A stretch of DNA of 64,000 nt from Phormidesmis sp. (GTDB lineage: Bacteria > Cyanobacteriota > Cyanobacteriia > Leptolyngbyales > Leptolyngbyaceae), in NCBI GenBank assembly GCA_965248535.1, contig CBDFJR010000002.1, positions 352,001-416,000 of the forward strand, written 5' to 3'. The first letter of the stretch is position 1. Each line of letters begins with the position of its first letter. The translations under genes were made by a program, and so were the position numbers. Under the pieces are notes generated by a model that saw only the letters and a program-made list of their open reading frames with translations, was not told where the DNA came from and searched no databases. Shown piece after piece: positions 53,318 through 63,817 of the stretch.

Positions 53318-53967
53318 TCAAACAGACTCCCACCCTTGTTTTGCGATGATATCTTCCAGTTCAGACTCTAGGGCTGCAAAGGCAGGTAGGATGCGTAATG
53401 GACTAAAGTCATTAATGAGTTCTGAAACTCGATGAGTACGATCGCTGACTGAAAAACTACTCCTAAGCCGTCTTGGACGAAGATCACTGGCTTGGCGAAG
53501 AATCTCATGGAGAATGTTTTTAGGGTCAGACTCATGCTCAAGTCTTCTAATATCTGGAAGTTGCAATTCGATACTTCCGTTTGGATTAGACGCGGCTTGA
53601 CGCAAGGCAGCAATATCAAATAGCAGCCAAGCTTCTGTCATGCGAACTGGTACAACACAAACGGTTGGTACAGAAATAAGAGAATTAGCTTGATTAATAG
53701 CCGTGCGAATTTCATTGACGCGAGTCTTATGAGCCTCTCTCTCTGCATCACGATGGATAAATAAATATCACACGGATATAGATCTAAACTTAGTTTAATT
53801 CGCTTCTTAAACGTGTCTCTGAGCGACTTGTCTAAACTACGAAGATCTGCCCACTGGGGTTGAATAGCACAATGACTAAGGTGCGTTTGTAACAACCAAT
53901 TGATTACATGAATAAGTGCTCTATCTGAACTACCGTCAGAGAGCAAAGTATAGCGGATTTCCATCAT
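53318..53967 (-). CDS. DUF4276-like (TOPRIM-like) protein, apparent -1 frameshift at ~53763
   Basis: LLSDGSSD.AL, PCD.LFIHRDAE when corrected, VPVRMTEAWLL.D..A, DPK; overlaps the ATPase stop. Confidence 0.7.
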
Positions 53968-55505
53968 AATTGCTGACTAGGCAAACCTGGAAGTAAGAGT
54001 TGTTGAAAATCTTCTCTATCTATGACTCGACGCTTCTTAGATTTTGAAGACTTTGGTTTTTGATAATCTATACCATATCCATTATTTTCTAACTCTAAAT
54101 CTTGATCGGGAACTGGATTGAGATACGCAAGAAGTCTACCCTTAGCAATAACATTCACGCTATCAGACTCTGGATCTTTGAGTTGTCGCCAAGTCTCAGG
54201 TAGATATCCAAAACAAACTCTCTTAAACCTTTGACCTAGATGTATTGTGTCTCTCAACTCAGCTACTAGAAGGCTTTCTTCAGGTACTTGCATCACAACT
54301 GATGGTGAATGAGTATTAATAATTACTTGACGTAAAGGATTATCCAACCCAATAGCCTCATCCGTGTCAGTAGCAATATCTTGAAGAAGGTGAAGAATTT
54401 TTGGAATGCGCTCTGGATGAATTCCATTCTCTGGCTCTTCAAGGCATAAAAGACCTTGAGCTTCTGGATCTAGCTCAAGCACTGCCAGCGCTAAAAACCG
54501 CATTGTTCCATCTGAAAGTGCTTTAGCTGGGTGAGATGTTCCGTCTCGACTCGTAACCATTAGAGTAAGAAGTTCACGCCTATTATCTCGATCAACCCAT
54601 ACTTTATCAACATCATCAATTAAATTTGCTAAACGATTTGCGATCTCGTAATAAACTCGATCATCTAGTTCGTCATCAGATCGTTCATTTTTGTTTTTAT
54701 CTAATCTTGCAAGATGATAAAGAGTTGCAGCTAAGTGGGAACCGTCCGCTTCTAATTTAGTCGGAGCAGTAAATTGGTCAGGCCGCCTTAAAGAAGACGG
54801 TTCTAGCTGGAGCAGCCGCCAAGATTGTATTTCCCGTCTTGCTAGTAGTGCTGTAGGGCTTTCAGCAGCATTTGCCACAGATAAGACGGTTCGAGGAAGG
54901 TTAGCCGCCGAGCGAGATAAAGGTTGACCTCTACTTCCGCCATCTTGATGCAGTCTGATTAATCGACTTACACCATCATCTTCAGTAGAAATAAACGGTG
55001 AGGTTCTTCTTCCCTTTACTGCTGATTTACGCCAGACAGGAAGATTAGGAAATAGTAAATTTTTTGAAGCATCTCCTAGATTAATATGCACCAACTCTTC
55101 TTTAAGAATTTCCAAAGAGCCGAGAGAGCGAAATCTGTCATCAGACCTGTAAGTAAGTGTTAAAGAGTAGCGTAAAAAAGTAATACTCGCTTCTGCCTTC
55201 TGTCCTAAATCATCTTCGCCTCCGGCTGGCACTATCATCTCTGCCTCGAAAGACATTTCATCACTATAAGTTTCACCTACACGATGAAAGAGACTTCGTA
55301 CGTCCCCTGTTCTCCCTTCTTCATCCCGAACGGACAAAGCAGCTTCAATCAAAGGTAAATCTGCTAGTGCACTTAAGAATCTAATAGCATCGAAAAGGTT
55401 GGATTTGCCGACACCATTAGCTCCGGCAATGCAGGTAAATGCCCCAAATCGAACATCTACATTGACAAGATTCTTGAAGCCAGAAACTTTCAGCCGGGTC
55501 AGCAT
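53964..55505 (-). CDS. AAA/ABC-type ATPase (RecF/AAA_21-like)
   Basis: GFKNL, GANGVGKSNLFDA, LSDGTMRFL, LEEPENGIHP, INTHSP. Confidence 0.9.
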   Translation of the reverse strand: MLTRLKVSGFKNLVNVDVRFGAFTCIAGANGVGKSNLFDAIRFLSALADLPLIEAALSVRDEEGRTGDVRSLFHRVGETYSDEMSFEAEMIVPAGGEDDLGQKAEASITFLRYSLTLTYRSDDRFRSLGSLEILKEELVHINLGDASKNLLFPNLPVWRKSAVKGRRTSPFISTEDDGVSRLIRLHQDGGSRGQPLSRSAANLPRTVLSVANAAESPTALLARREIQSWRLLQLEPSSLRRPDQFTAPTKLEADGSHLAATLYHLARLDKNKNERSDDELDDRVYYEIANRLANLIDDVDKVWVDRDNRRELLTLMVTSRDGTSHPAKALSDGTMRFLALAVLELDPEAQGLLCLEEPENGIHPERIPKILHLLQDIATDTDEAIGLDNPLRQVIINTHSPSVVMQVPEESLLVAELRDTIHLGQRFKRVCFGYLPETWRQLKDPESDSVNVIAKGRLLAYLNPVPDQDLELENNGYGIDYQKPKSSKSKKRRVIDREDFQQLLLPGLPSQQL

Positions 55506-55704
55506 TACGAGTCCTTCCGAGATGTGCTTCTCTGACAGAGAAAAGGCTCCCCTATCACTAATGACATTTCACATCATAGCTGATGCTTAAATAAGCGGTT
55601 CGGGCGACGTTAAGCTCTGGCGTTAGTTTCTAGAAACGCCGCAAGACAGATTTTGGCTACAATACCTGTACTAAAAATAGGGACAGACTCTAAGCTGCGA
55701 TCGC

Positions 55705-56694
55705 ATGAAAATTGTTTTTTTTGGAACGCCTCACTTTGCCGTCCCGACGCTGGAGGCTTTGCTGGCAGATCCCCGTTTTGAGGTAGTGGCCGTGGTCACG
55801 CAGCCCGACAAACGCCGAGGGCGCGGCAATGAATTGTCTGCCTCACCTGTAAAAGCAGTGGCCGTGGCGCATCAGATTCCGGTTTGGCAGCCTAAGAGCG
55901 TCAAAAAAGATGCCGAGACCCTAGACGCGCTCAAAGCATCTCAGGCAGACGGGTTTGTGGTGGTTGCTTATGGACAAATTCTCTCTCAGGCGATTCTTGA
56001 TCTGCCAAGGTTGGGCTGTGTCAATGTTCACGGGTCTCTTTTGCCTGATTATCGCGGGGCGGCCCCGATTCAGTGGTGTCTCTATCATGGCGAGACTGAG
56101 ACGGGCATCACGACGATGCTGATGGATGCAGGCATGGATACGGGCGCGATGCTGCTGAAGGCAGGGCTGGCGATCGCGCTCTTTGACAACGCTCACGATT
56201 TGGCGACAAAATTATCGCCTCTAGGCGCAAATCTGCTGATCGAGACGCTTTTAAGGCTTGCTAAACAACAAGTTCAGCCGATCGCACAGGACAACAGTCA
56301 GGCAACTTATGCACCGTTGATCAAAAAAGAGAACTATGAGTTGGATTGGTCACGCAGTGCGATCGCGCTTCACAACCAAATTAGGGGTTTTTATCCCAAC
56401 TGCACGACTCTTTTCCGAGGCACTGGTCTCAAAATTATGGCAAGTGTCCCGATCGCTCCGTCGATAGAACTGCCGTCAGAGTTTGCCATGCTGACTTCTT
56501 TATTAGCTGAGTCTCATCGGGCGGCGGGGGAAATCGTGGCGATCGTCAAAAATCTTGGAGCCGTAATTCAAACGGGTGACGGGCTGCTGTTTTTGCGAGA
56601 AGCCCAACTCGCGGGTAAGCGCTCTCAGTCAGGCTGGGATTTTGCTAACGGCAGTCGGTTAGAAGTCGGCGACCGATTGGGCAACGCGAGATGA
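55705..56694 (+). CDS. fmt: Methionyl-tRNA formyltransferase
   Basis: [50 protein letters not shown]. Confidence 0.96.
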   Translation: MKIVFFGTPHFAVPTLEALLADPRFEVVAVVTQPDKRRGRGNELSASPVKAVAVAHQIPVWQPKSVKKDAETLDALKASQADGFVVVAYGQILSQAILDLPRLGCVNVHGSLLPDYRGAAPIQWCLYHGETETGITTMLMDAGMDTGAMLLKAGLAIALFDNAHDLATKLSPLGANLLIETLLRLAKQQVQPIAQDNSQATYAPLIKKENYELDWSRSAIALHNQIRGFYPNCTTLFRGTGLKIMASVPIAPSIELPSEFAMLTSLLAESHRAAGEIVAIVKNLGAVIQTGDGLLFLREAQLAGKRSQSGWDFANGSRLEVGDRLGNAR

Positions 56695-56702
56695 TCGCCT
56701 TC

Positions 56703-57095
56703 TCAAGGCATTCCTAAGAAAGATTTGAGAGCAGCTTTATGGCGATTCTTTAAGCGTTTAGACTTGAGTCCGCCTTGCTGAATTTTTGCGAGAATCGCTA
56801 GTGAACAAGATCCTTGTGGAATCGAACTGTTCACCGTAATCAATCCAGCGAGTTGACTAGCATTCATCTCACGAGCAAACTGATAGGCAACGATCGACTC
56901 ACGAACTATAAAGCTTGGCACGTCTGAACCGGGTACTAAAATACAGGCAGTTTCAGAATTAGGTCTGCGGCTAGTAACATTAACAAACAAATAATTACTA
57001 CTAGAAGTCTGGGCAATTGCAATGTAGAGATGTTCTCCGTTAGGAGGGGTATCGATCAAAAAAGCATCTCCCAAATTAATGGGGATGCTAGCCAC
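56703..57095 (-). CDS. Putative toxin (PemK/MazF-like by inference)
   Basis: HLYIAIA...FVNVTS...ETACIL.PG...FI..ES..AY; overlaps the Panacea gene stop. Confidence 0.6.
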   Translation of the reverse strand: MASIPINLGDAFLIDTPPNGEHLYIAIAQTSSSNYLFVNVTSRRPNSETACILVPGSDVPSFIVRESIVAYQFAREMNASQLAGLITVNSSIPQGSCSLAILAKIQQGGLKSKRLKNRHKAALKSFLGMP

Positions 57096-57645
57096 TCAAA
57101 ACCTCGTCTAAAAACGCTTCTCGCATCGCTTCTTGCCGAATATCTTCTATCTCTGCGGCAGTTTTGCCTACATTTTTGAGAATGTCTTCGATTGAAATCG
57201 GCACCGCAGAGCCTTGAGGATCGCTCCACTCTGGTAGGTCATGAGTCCATTTAGCGACTTCAAGCGGGTCAAGATGCCCAAACGATCGATAGACTTGCTC
57301 AAGAATTTCTTCCTCTTCTTCACACAGGTCTTCGGCTCCGGGATCTTTTAGCAAGAAAACCTGATTTGCGTGACGCGAAGCAATAAACTGCGACCATAAA
57401 GGCAAGGCTTCTTCGGCAGGCTTTCCCTTGATTAGATCATAAACGCCGCTCAGAACCGGGCCGTAGTCCATCGACACGTAATGATCCCCTGTGATCGGCT
57501 GCTCCATGCGCTCTAGTGCCACCCGATCGGCGATGTAAAGCATCTTCAGCAAGCCTAAATAGTTCATCGGCTTGCCGTGCAGTTTCAATAGCACCGCCGC
57601 AGCTTCAACCGCTTTCTCTGAATGGAACCGAAACTTGATCTGCAT
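57088..57645 (-). CDS. Panacea-domain (SocA/DUF4065) antitoxin
   Basis: LLKMLYIADR.AL...PITGD.YVSMDYGPV.S.VYDLIK, TH.LPEW. Confidence 0.85.
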   Translation of the reverse strand: MQIKFRFHSEKAVEAAAVLLKLHGKPMNYLGLLKMLYIADRVALERMEQPITGDHYVSMDYGPVLSGVYDLIKGKPAEEALPLWSQFIASRHANQVFLLKDPGAEDLCEEEEEILEQVYRSFGHLDPLEVAKWTHDLPEWSDPQGSAVPISIEDILKNVGKTAAEIEDIRQEAMREAFLDEVLSG

Positions 57646-57740
57646 GACTATTTTGAAGCGGCTGCCTCATGCTAGTACTTCTTTATTATGACTTCTCACG
57701 ATCGGACAGGCACCCATGATCTGAAGAGCGCGGTCGTAGT

Positions 57741-58124
57741 CTAAAGTTTTGGGGTTTGACGATCGCTTCCCTCATCCTTCTCATAAAATCGACAGCCCGC
57801 ACAGAGTCCTTGGGGGTTGACCGCACAGCGAAGTAGCTCCGATCGGGCATTAAACCCGCAGGTGGCATCGCCCAAAACCCAGCGACCCTCGATCAGCGAT
57901 CGCTCGATCGGGCGTTGAGCCGTTTGCACAGAGAGCGCAATTTTGTGTAGGCAATAGCGCCCCGCCCTTAGCTGATAGCGGTGACGACGCTCTAAAACTG
58001 CATAGGTCTGCCCCGCCCAATCTAAATACACGCCAGGTTGAGGTGCCCACTCTAAATAAACAGTTCCGAGAGATTGACCAGAATGACTCAAAATCAACTC
58101 AGTAGGCAGCGATGGTTGCTCCAT
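57741..58124 (-). CDS. DUF6464-like protein
   Basis: GQTYAVLERRHRYQL..GRY, GDATC.FNARSELLRCAVNP.G.C..CRFY. Confidence 0.8.
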   Translation of the reverse strand: MEQPSLPTELILSHSGQSLGTVYLEWAPQPGVYLDWAGQTYAVLERRHRYQLRAGRYCLHKIALSVQTAQRPIERSLIEGRWVLGDATCGFNARSELLRCAVNPQGLCAGCRFYEKDEGSDRQTPKL

Positions 58125-58181
58125 GAAAAATTTGGTTTAGAAGGACACAGGTTTTTGGATGATATGGCAGACCTACCCCAT

Positions 58182-59678
58182 CTATCGTCGTCCAAACCAG
58201 GGATTGACCTGCAAAACGCCACTCGGCTTAAAGACTACCCTAAACGAAGCCAAAGGCTCTGAGGTCGGTGCATTAGGGTCGATGGGCTTGATTAATTGAG
58301 GCAGCGGGGTCGATTGAGAATAGTCAAGAGCCGCTGAGTTTTTAGACTCATAATCAGCGATCGTGCCATCTGCCTTGACTTTGACTCGATAGATCAACTC
58401 TTTAGTAAACGGAGGGCTGCCCTTCCAGTTTTGGTCAATCAGATCATAGAGCTTTGGTTGCAGCGCCTCTAGCTGCGGTGGCGCAGTGATCTCTGAGGAA
58501 GCAGGAGACGACCCACTCAGCGAAGCACTGGGGCTAGGTGTTGCCGATGCGGTGGGACTGGGAGACGCAGTAGGACTGGGAGATACTAACGCTGATGGAC
58601 TGGGAGACGGAGACGCATCCCACGGGCTGACTTCGAGCTTGCCTTGGGATGTGAAAGCGACTTTGAATTGCCCGATCGGGTCTTGAGACGGCGTGCTGCC
58701 AACCGCAGGAATGTAGAGCAGATTCAGCAAGGGCGTTTGCTTGACGTTTTCAAGCGCCCCCGGACTTTCGGGCTTATAGCCCACGATCGCCCCATCTTTG
58801 CCCACTCCAACCCGATAAACCAAATCTTGAGCCGGGTTGGTTTGCGGCTTCCACTTGTCATTCACCTGGTCATAAAGCCGTTGCCGGAGTCGAGCCAGTT
58901 CTTGAGGATCGGTGATCGCAGGGGTCGTGTTGAGGGTGTTTTCAAGTTGGGCCAAATCAGGTTCAGCCAACTGGCTCGGACTCGGTGAAGCCGATGCCTG
59001 CCCACTCGGTGACGCTGAAGGACTCAGAGACGGGCTTGCGGTCGGCTGGGGAGACGCAGACGAGGTGGGGCATTCGCCAGCCGTGAGACACGCGGGTTTA
59101 TTGACCTTGGGCATCGGCAGCATCAAGAACGCGATCGCCGCCAGCACCACCCCCGAAGCCCCGATCGCCGCCGGAACGGCCTGCTTTGCTAATGGCTCTC
59201 GCGCAAAGGCATAGCGCTTGGGCACAGGGGCTAGATTGAGTGACCAAAACGGCAGCGTCTGCGTATCGGCCACAAATTGGTCGATCGCTTCCACTAGATC
59301 AAAAAGCTGCACGGTGCTCAAATCGACTTTCTGAGCGGTGGTTGTGGTATGGTCAGCGCTCGGCTCAACCGTGAGGCGGTGATAGATGCGATCGAGCCGT
59401 TCTAACTTCACAAACGATGGCTTATCGCTATAGGTGTGGTGCGGTAGGTGAATGCCACTCAAAAACTCTTGAGCATATAAACTAACGGCAGTCACTAGAC
59501 TCTCAAAAAACTCTCGCCCGCCCGCTAGGGGCTTTTCTTGCCCCGCTAAATAGCACTCAGCATTAATCAGCAGGGCCATAACGGGGCGCGTCTCAGCCTG
59601 AGAAGTCGCGATCGTGTCGGCTAACCCCTCTAAAACCAGGGTGCAGTTAGGCAAACTATATTGACGTTGGATGGTCAT
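58182..59678 (-). CDS. DUF4335 domain protein with Ser/Pro linkers and a duplicated C-terminal domain
   Basis: RQYSLPNCTLVLEGL, LSTVQLFDLVEAIDQF; two L.YRV.V..DG.I..Y...F.V.F...G.L.V.PW repeats. Confidence 0.8.
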   Translation of the reverse strand: MTIQRQYSLPNCTLVLEGLADTIATSQAETRPVMALLINAECYLAGQEKPLAGGREFFESLVTAVSLYAQEFLSGIHLPHHTYSDKPSFVKLERLDRIYHRLTVEPSADHTTTTAQKVDLSTVQLFDLVEAIDQFVADTQTLPFWSLNLAPVPKRYAFAREPLAKQAVPAAIGASGVVLAAIAFLMLPMPKVNKPACLTAGECPTSSASPQPTASPSLSPSASPSGQASASPSPSQLAEPDLAQLENTLNTTPAITDPQELARLRQRLYDQVNDKWKPQTNPAQDLVYRVGVGKDGAIVGYKPESPGALENVKQTPLLNLLYIPAVGSTPSQDPIGQFKVAFTSQGKLEVSPWDASPSPSPSALVSPSPTASPSPTASATPSPSASLSGSSPASSEITAPPQLEALQPKLYDLIDQNWKGSPPFTKELIYRVKVKADGTIADYESKNSAALDYSQSTPLPQLIKPIDPNAPTSEPLASFRVVFKPSGVLQVNPWFGRR

Positions 59679-60301
59679 CCTACTTCTCCATCAAACAAAC
59701 TGATCCACAATCGCTGCATTCCTGATGTTCCGGTGCAAAAGAGCAACTGAGCCAGCAGATCAAGTGCCAGTTCGTTCAGCTTTTCGTCAGAACTGTAGGC
59801 CATCACCCCGGCCCGGCGCGCATTCATGCGGCTGCGAAAATGGGCGCGAAATCGCTCTAAATATTCTGACAATCGAAAGTGATGCTCGGTCGATAGCTGC
59901 TTTTCGTTGAGTTGCTGATAGGCCAGCAGTAACTGCCTGACCAGCACCGTCAAGCGCCGCGCTAAATAGCAGGTGATCACTACTAGGGCTTTTGCTTCTA
60001 AAAGCGTCAACGGGCGACGCTGGCTATAGCGTCTAAAGGGATTGGTGCTGCGTAAGCGCCAGAGAACCACCCGGTTTTTAATAATTCCCCGCAGGTCGAG
60101 ATCGTTAGCGGTTGATAAGATCGCTTCTGAGCCGCCTAGGTCAAGGGCCTCGATCGCCAACAGCAGCAAGTCAATCTGCAAGCGCGTCCGTCGGGGGCAA
60201 ACGCCCTCTGGCACCGGAGGGTCAGGCAAACTATCTAAAATCAGGGGGACGGTCGGGGCGGGTAGGCTATTTAACTGCATTACGCTCACAGAAACACTCA
60301 T
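59675..60301 (-). CDS. DUF3038 family protein
   Basis: IDLLLLAIEALDLGGSE, NRVVLWRLR..NP.RR, LLFCTGT.G..RLW.SLFDGE. Confidence 0.82.
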   Translation of the reverse strand: MSVSVSVMQLNSLPAPTVPLILDSLPDPPVPEGVCPRRTRLQIDLLLLAIEALDLGGSEAILSTANDLDLRGIIKNRVVLWRLRSTNPFRRYSQRRPLTLLEAKALVVITCYLARRLTVLVRQLLLAYQQLNEKQLSTEHHFRLSEYLERFRAHFRSRMNARRAGVMAYSSDEKLNELALDLLAQLLFCTGTSGMQRLWISLFDGEVG

Positions 60302-60715
60302 TCCAATTGCGGGGGGTGGTCAGTTAACGATGATCTGATCAATCGTGTGGGCATCTTCCTAGACTTCATCGTTGGCTCTGTTGCCAATGTAGCAATAGAA
60401 ATCACCAGATCTTAGAACGATTCTTTCGCTCTGTCTTAGAGTGCCTCAGTCAGCAGACCCTCTATCAGGGCGGTTAGGGCGTAATTTCCCCACCCTCGCT
60501 GAGAACTGCTAGCAACATTTCAGTCTATCCGACTTTCAGCCAATCAGCCCGGTCTTAAAGTCTAAGATTTTTTCAATCACCACCCTGAAATTTTAAGGGT
60601 CTGACCGCTATCTGGCATTCACTGATCCAAAGAAATGGGACAATGGGCCATTGAGTTCATCAGGGAAGTTAGAGATTTTGCCCTGCTCTCAGCCGAATTT
60701 AGGAATTTTAGAGAA

Positions 60716-61261
60716 ATGCTCAAACGATTTGTTGCGCTGGTGCTGGTGGTTTTTAGTCTGAGTTTGCAGGGCTGCGTGTCGGGGGTCGGGGGCTTAAAAA
60801 GCTATGCCGATAGCACTGATGGCTATCGATTTCTCTACCCTAACGGCTGGACAGAGGTGAAGGTGGCTAACGGGCCTGATGTGGTGTTTCATGACATTAT
60901 CAAGCCGACTGAAAACGTTAGTGTGGTGATCAATCCCACTCAGGGGCAAAAAACCCTCAGCGATCTAGGAACGCCGAGCGAGGTGGGCTATAGGTTGGGC
61001 AAAAGCGCGATCGCGCCTCCTGACTCAGGTCGCACCGCCGAGCTAGTGAATGCCGAAGCGCGAGAACTGGGCGATCAAACCTATTATTTGCTGGAATATC
61101 TGGTCAAGCTGCCCGGCGACCAAGAGCGCCACAACCTTGCCAGCGCGATCGTCTATCGGGGCAAACTCTATACGATTAATGCCTCCACCTCAGAAGCCCG
61201 ATGGGACAAGATGAAAGATCTGCTGACAACGGCCGTGAAATCCTTCTCGATCGACGGCTAA
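60716..61261 (+). CDS. psbP: Photosystem II PsbP-family lipoprotein
   Basis: Lipobox [35 protein letters not shown]....GKL.T. Confidence 0.88.
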   Translation: MLKRFVALVLVVFSLSLQGCVSGVGGLKSYADSTDGYRFLYPNGWTEVKVANGPDVVFHDIIKPTENVSVVINPTQGQKTLSDLGTPSEVGYRLGKSAIAPPDSGRTAELVNAEARELGDQTYYLLEYLVKLPGDQERHNLASAIVYRGKLYTINASTSEARWDKMKDLLTTAVKSFSIDG

Positions 61262-61275
61262 ACCCGATTGACTCT

Positions 61276-61940
61276 ATGATTCCTTTTGTTTTGGCTTCTG
61301 CGTCTCCGGCTCGAAAACGACTCCTTGAGCAGGCGGGCATTGACCCGATCGTGCATCCCAGCGATTTTGATGAATCTCAAGTCAAACTCACCGACCCGGC
61401 AGAGTTGGTAAAGGTCTTGGCCGAGCAAAAAGCCCTGGCAACGATGCGATCGCTCTGGGAAAACCGGGGCGATCTGCAACTTGTCGGCTACGGTCGATTG
61501 TTTTCGCGCACGCCAGGGGTGATCTTGGGGTGCGATTCGGTTCTATCGCTCAATGGCGAAATTTACGGCAAGCCTGCGGATGGGCCGACGCGATCGCTCG
61601 TTGGCAGCAGATGCGCGGTCAAGTGGGCGACCTCTACACCGGGCACGCATTGCTGGTTCCCTATTCAGAGCAGGGAATGCTGCTGCCCTCGGCAGCGATC
61701 GTGCGTGCTCAGATGACGCGAGTCTTTTTTGCGGAGGTCAGCGATCGTCAGATCGAGGCTTATGTTGCCACGGGCGAACCGCTTTTTTGTGCAGGCTGTT
61801 TTGCCTTAGAAGGGCGAGGCAGTCTGTTGATCGACCGGATAGAAGGCTGTCACACCAACGTGATCGGGTTGAGTATGCCGCTGCTGCGACAGATGCTGGC
61901 TGAGGTCGAGGTTGACGTGACAGATTTTTGGCAGACGTAG
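61276..61940 (+). CDS. maf: Maf-family nucleoside triphosphate pyrophosphatase (apparent -1 frameshift at ~61583)
   Basis: [16 protein letters not shown]....IYGKP, YVATGEP..CAG, NVIGL. Confidence 0.88.
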
Positions 61941-62032
61941 CGGCAGGAAGAGACAAACCCGAACTTTAAAGATTTCCCCATCGGGTCGGAATAGTTCATA
62001 GACTGGAGCAATCTGGAGTTCTTCGTGCCTGA

Positions 62033-63118
62033 TTGACCGCAATGGATTGTTCACCCACGGATCTCGCTAACTTTCGCTCTGACATTCTCGATCAGACTTA
62101 TTTGGGGCAAATTTGCGGATCTAAACAGCTATTTGGAGAGCGCTACGAGATTCGGAAACTGCTGGGTCGTGGGGGCTTTGGGGTGACGTTCTTGGCCCGC
62201 GATCGCGGCTTGCCCAGCAGCCCGCTCTGTGTGATCAAACAACTGTGTCCCAAAGTGCAAGATGCGGCGGCGCTGCAAAAAGCCCGTGAGCGATTTGAGC
62301 AAGAAGCCAAAGCCTTGGCTCGGCTCGGCAGTCATTCTCAAATTCCTCAACTGCTCAACTATTTTGAGACGAGCGGCGAGTTTTATTTAGTGCAGGAATA
62401 TGTGCATAGCCACACTCTAAACAAAGAGGTGCGGCAGTCTGGGGTCTTTTCGGAAGAGAAGGTCAAAGCGTTTTTGCGAGAATTTTTGCCACTGTTGCGC
62501 TATGTGCACAAAAATCGAGTCATCCATCGCGATATCAAACCGCCCAATCTCTTACGCTGCAAAGATGACGGGCGACTGGTGCTGATCGATTTTGGAGCCG
62601 TCAAAGAGCGAATTGCTGCGATCGAGCACTCTAGCATTCGCCCCTCAACTCAGTTTGTCGGCACGATCGGGTTTGCCCCACCAGAGCAGCTTTCTCTGCG
62701 CCCGATTTATGCCAGTGATATTTATGCGGTGGGAGTCACCTGCCTCTTTTTATTGACCGGAAAAGCCCCGATCGAGTTTGACTATAAACCCACGACGGGC
62801 GAGATTGAGTGGCGCGACTTGGTGCAGGTTGGCGATTATTTTGGGCGAGTTTTAGACAAAATGCTGCGGGTGTCTGCTTGCGATCGCTTCCAGTCTGCCG
62901 AAGCGGTGCTGCGGGCGCTAGAGCTAGAACCCTATTTAGAAGGTTTGCTGCCCTGCCTGAGCCATCAGCCGCTAGCATCCCCGATCGCGCCGAGTCAATC
63001 ACGAGAATTTGTGTCTCCGTTGAAACGGACTGCGATCGCGATTCGAGAATGGCAAGCCCGCCTACAAGAACGACGAGAGTCCCAAGACGCGGCGGATCGT
63101 TTGTTATCTGACGATTAA
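62033..63118 (+). CDS. Ser/Thr protein kinase
   Basis: LGRGGFG, CVIKQL, HRDIKPPN, LIDFG, GTIGFAPPEQ. Confidence 0.93.
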   Translation: MTAMDCSPTDLANFRSDILDQTYLGQICGSKQLFGERYEIRKLLGRGGFGVTFLARDRGLPSSPLCVIKQLCPKVQDAAALQKARERFEQEAKALARLGSHSQIPQLLNYFETSGEFYLVQEYVHSHTLNKEVRQSGVFSEEKVKAFLREFLPLLRYVHKNRVIHRDIKPPNLLRCKDDGRLVLIDFGAVKERIAAIEHSSIRPSTQFVGTIGFAPPEQLSLRPIYASDIYAVGVTCLFLLTGKAPIEFDYKPTTGEIEWRDLVQVGDYFGRVLDKMLRVSACDRFQSAEAVLRALELEPYLEGLLPCLSHQPLASPIAPSQSREFVSPLKRTAIAIREWQARLQERRESQDAADRLLSDD

Positions 63119-63150
63119 ACGAAGTCCATTGAGCTTGTCAAACTGTCGAT

Positions 63151-63575
63151 TTACGGGGTATTTGGAGCAATAACGAAAATAGCTTGGTTTTTGTGTTTGC
63201 GGTAAATGTAGAAGTCGCTGTCAAGGGTGAGAATGGGGCTATCGGGATAGAGTTCAGCCAGACGAACGAGGCAGGCATCGGCAAGCGACATAGGAACAGA
63301 GCAGTATCGGGTCAGCAGGGTTTGCAGAGCGATCGCTTCATCTTCGATCCGAAACGGAATTTGAATGAGTCCGTCGGCGATAAGAGAGAGGATCGTGGCT
63401 TCTCCAGAAGGGGTGTTTCGTAGGAGGAAACAGGCTTCTGTGATGACGGGTTCGCAGGAAATGAGACTGGAGAGGAGACGCGATCGAGTTCTGCAACTGC
63501 CCAAGCATGAAACTGATCCTGAGCTTTCAAGGAAGCAACTAGCGGTCCTGTGTCTAGTAGAACTGGATGGCTCAT
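63151..63575 (-). CDS. PIN-domain (VapC-like) toxin with apparent +2 frameshift at ~63463
   Basis: VLLDTGPLVA...DQFH.WA, then SCEPVITEACFLL, MSLADACLV, ILTLDSDF.IYR. Confidence 0.8.
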
Positions 63576-63817
63576 TATTCTCCAAAGCCTTCCATATATT
63601 GCGGGTTTGTAGACAAGTCGGATGGACCGCCTTCCAAAGAGCCTATATAATGCTGGGCGGCAGCAGCGAAGGAACGCGATGGAGTGGCTGGGGTGGCTGG
63701 GGTGATGGCGTTTTGCCGCTGTTGACTCAGGAATAGAATGAAGTTGAGGACTTCTTGTTGTTGGCTGCTGGGAAGGGCGCGAAGATGTTCTAGGACTTGT
63801 TCTTCGAGTTGCGGCAT
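63575..63817 (-). CDS. Putative antitoxin (DUF2281-like)
   Basis: L..LP...QQEVL.FI.FL; GGPSDLSTNP.YMEGFG; abuts the PIN gene start. Confidence 0.75.
   Translation of the reverse strand: MPQLEEQVLEHLRALPSSQQQEVLNFILFLSQQRQNAITPATPATPSRSFAAAAQHYIGSLEGGPSDLSTNPQYMEGFGE

Noticed and set aside
55583..55626. GCTTAA...GTTAAGC upstream of the ATPase as a possible attC
   Set aside because: Too short and lacks paired inner arms.
58480..59070. Low-complexity repeats in the DUF4335 gene
   Set aside because: Ordinary Ser/Pro linker coding sequence.
60453..60510. GC-rich stretch between DUF3038 and psbP as a possible ncRNA
   Set aside because: Only weak pairing and no recognisable family motif.
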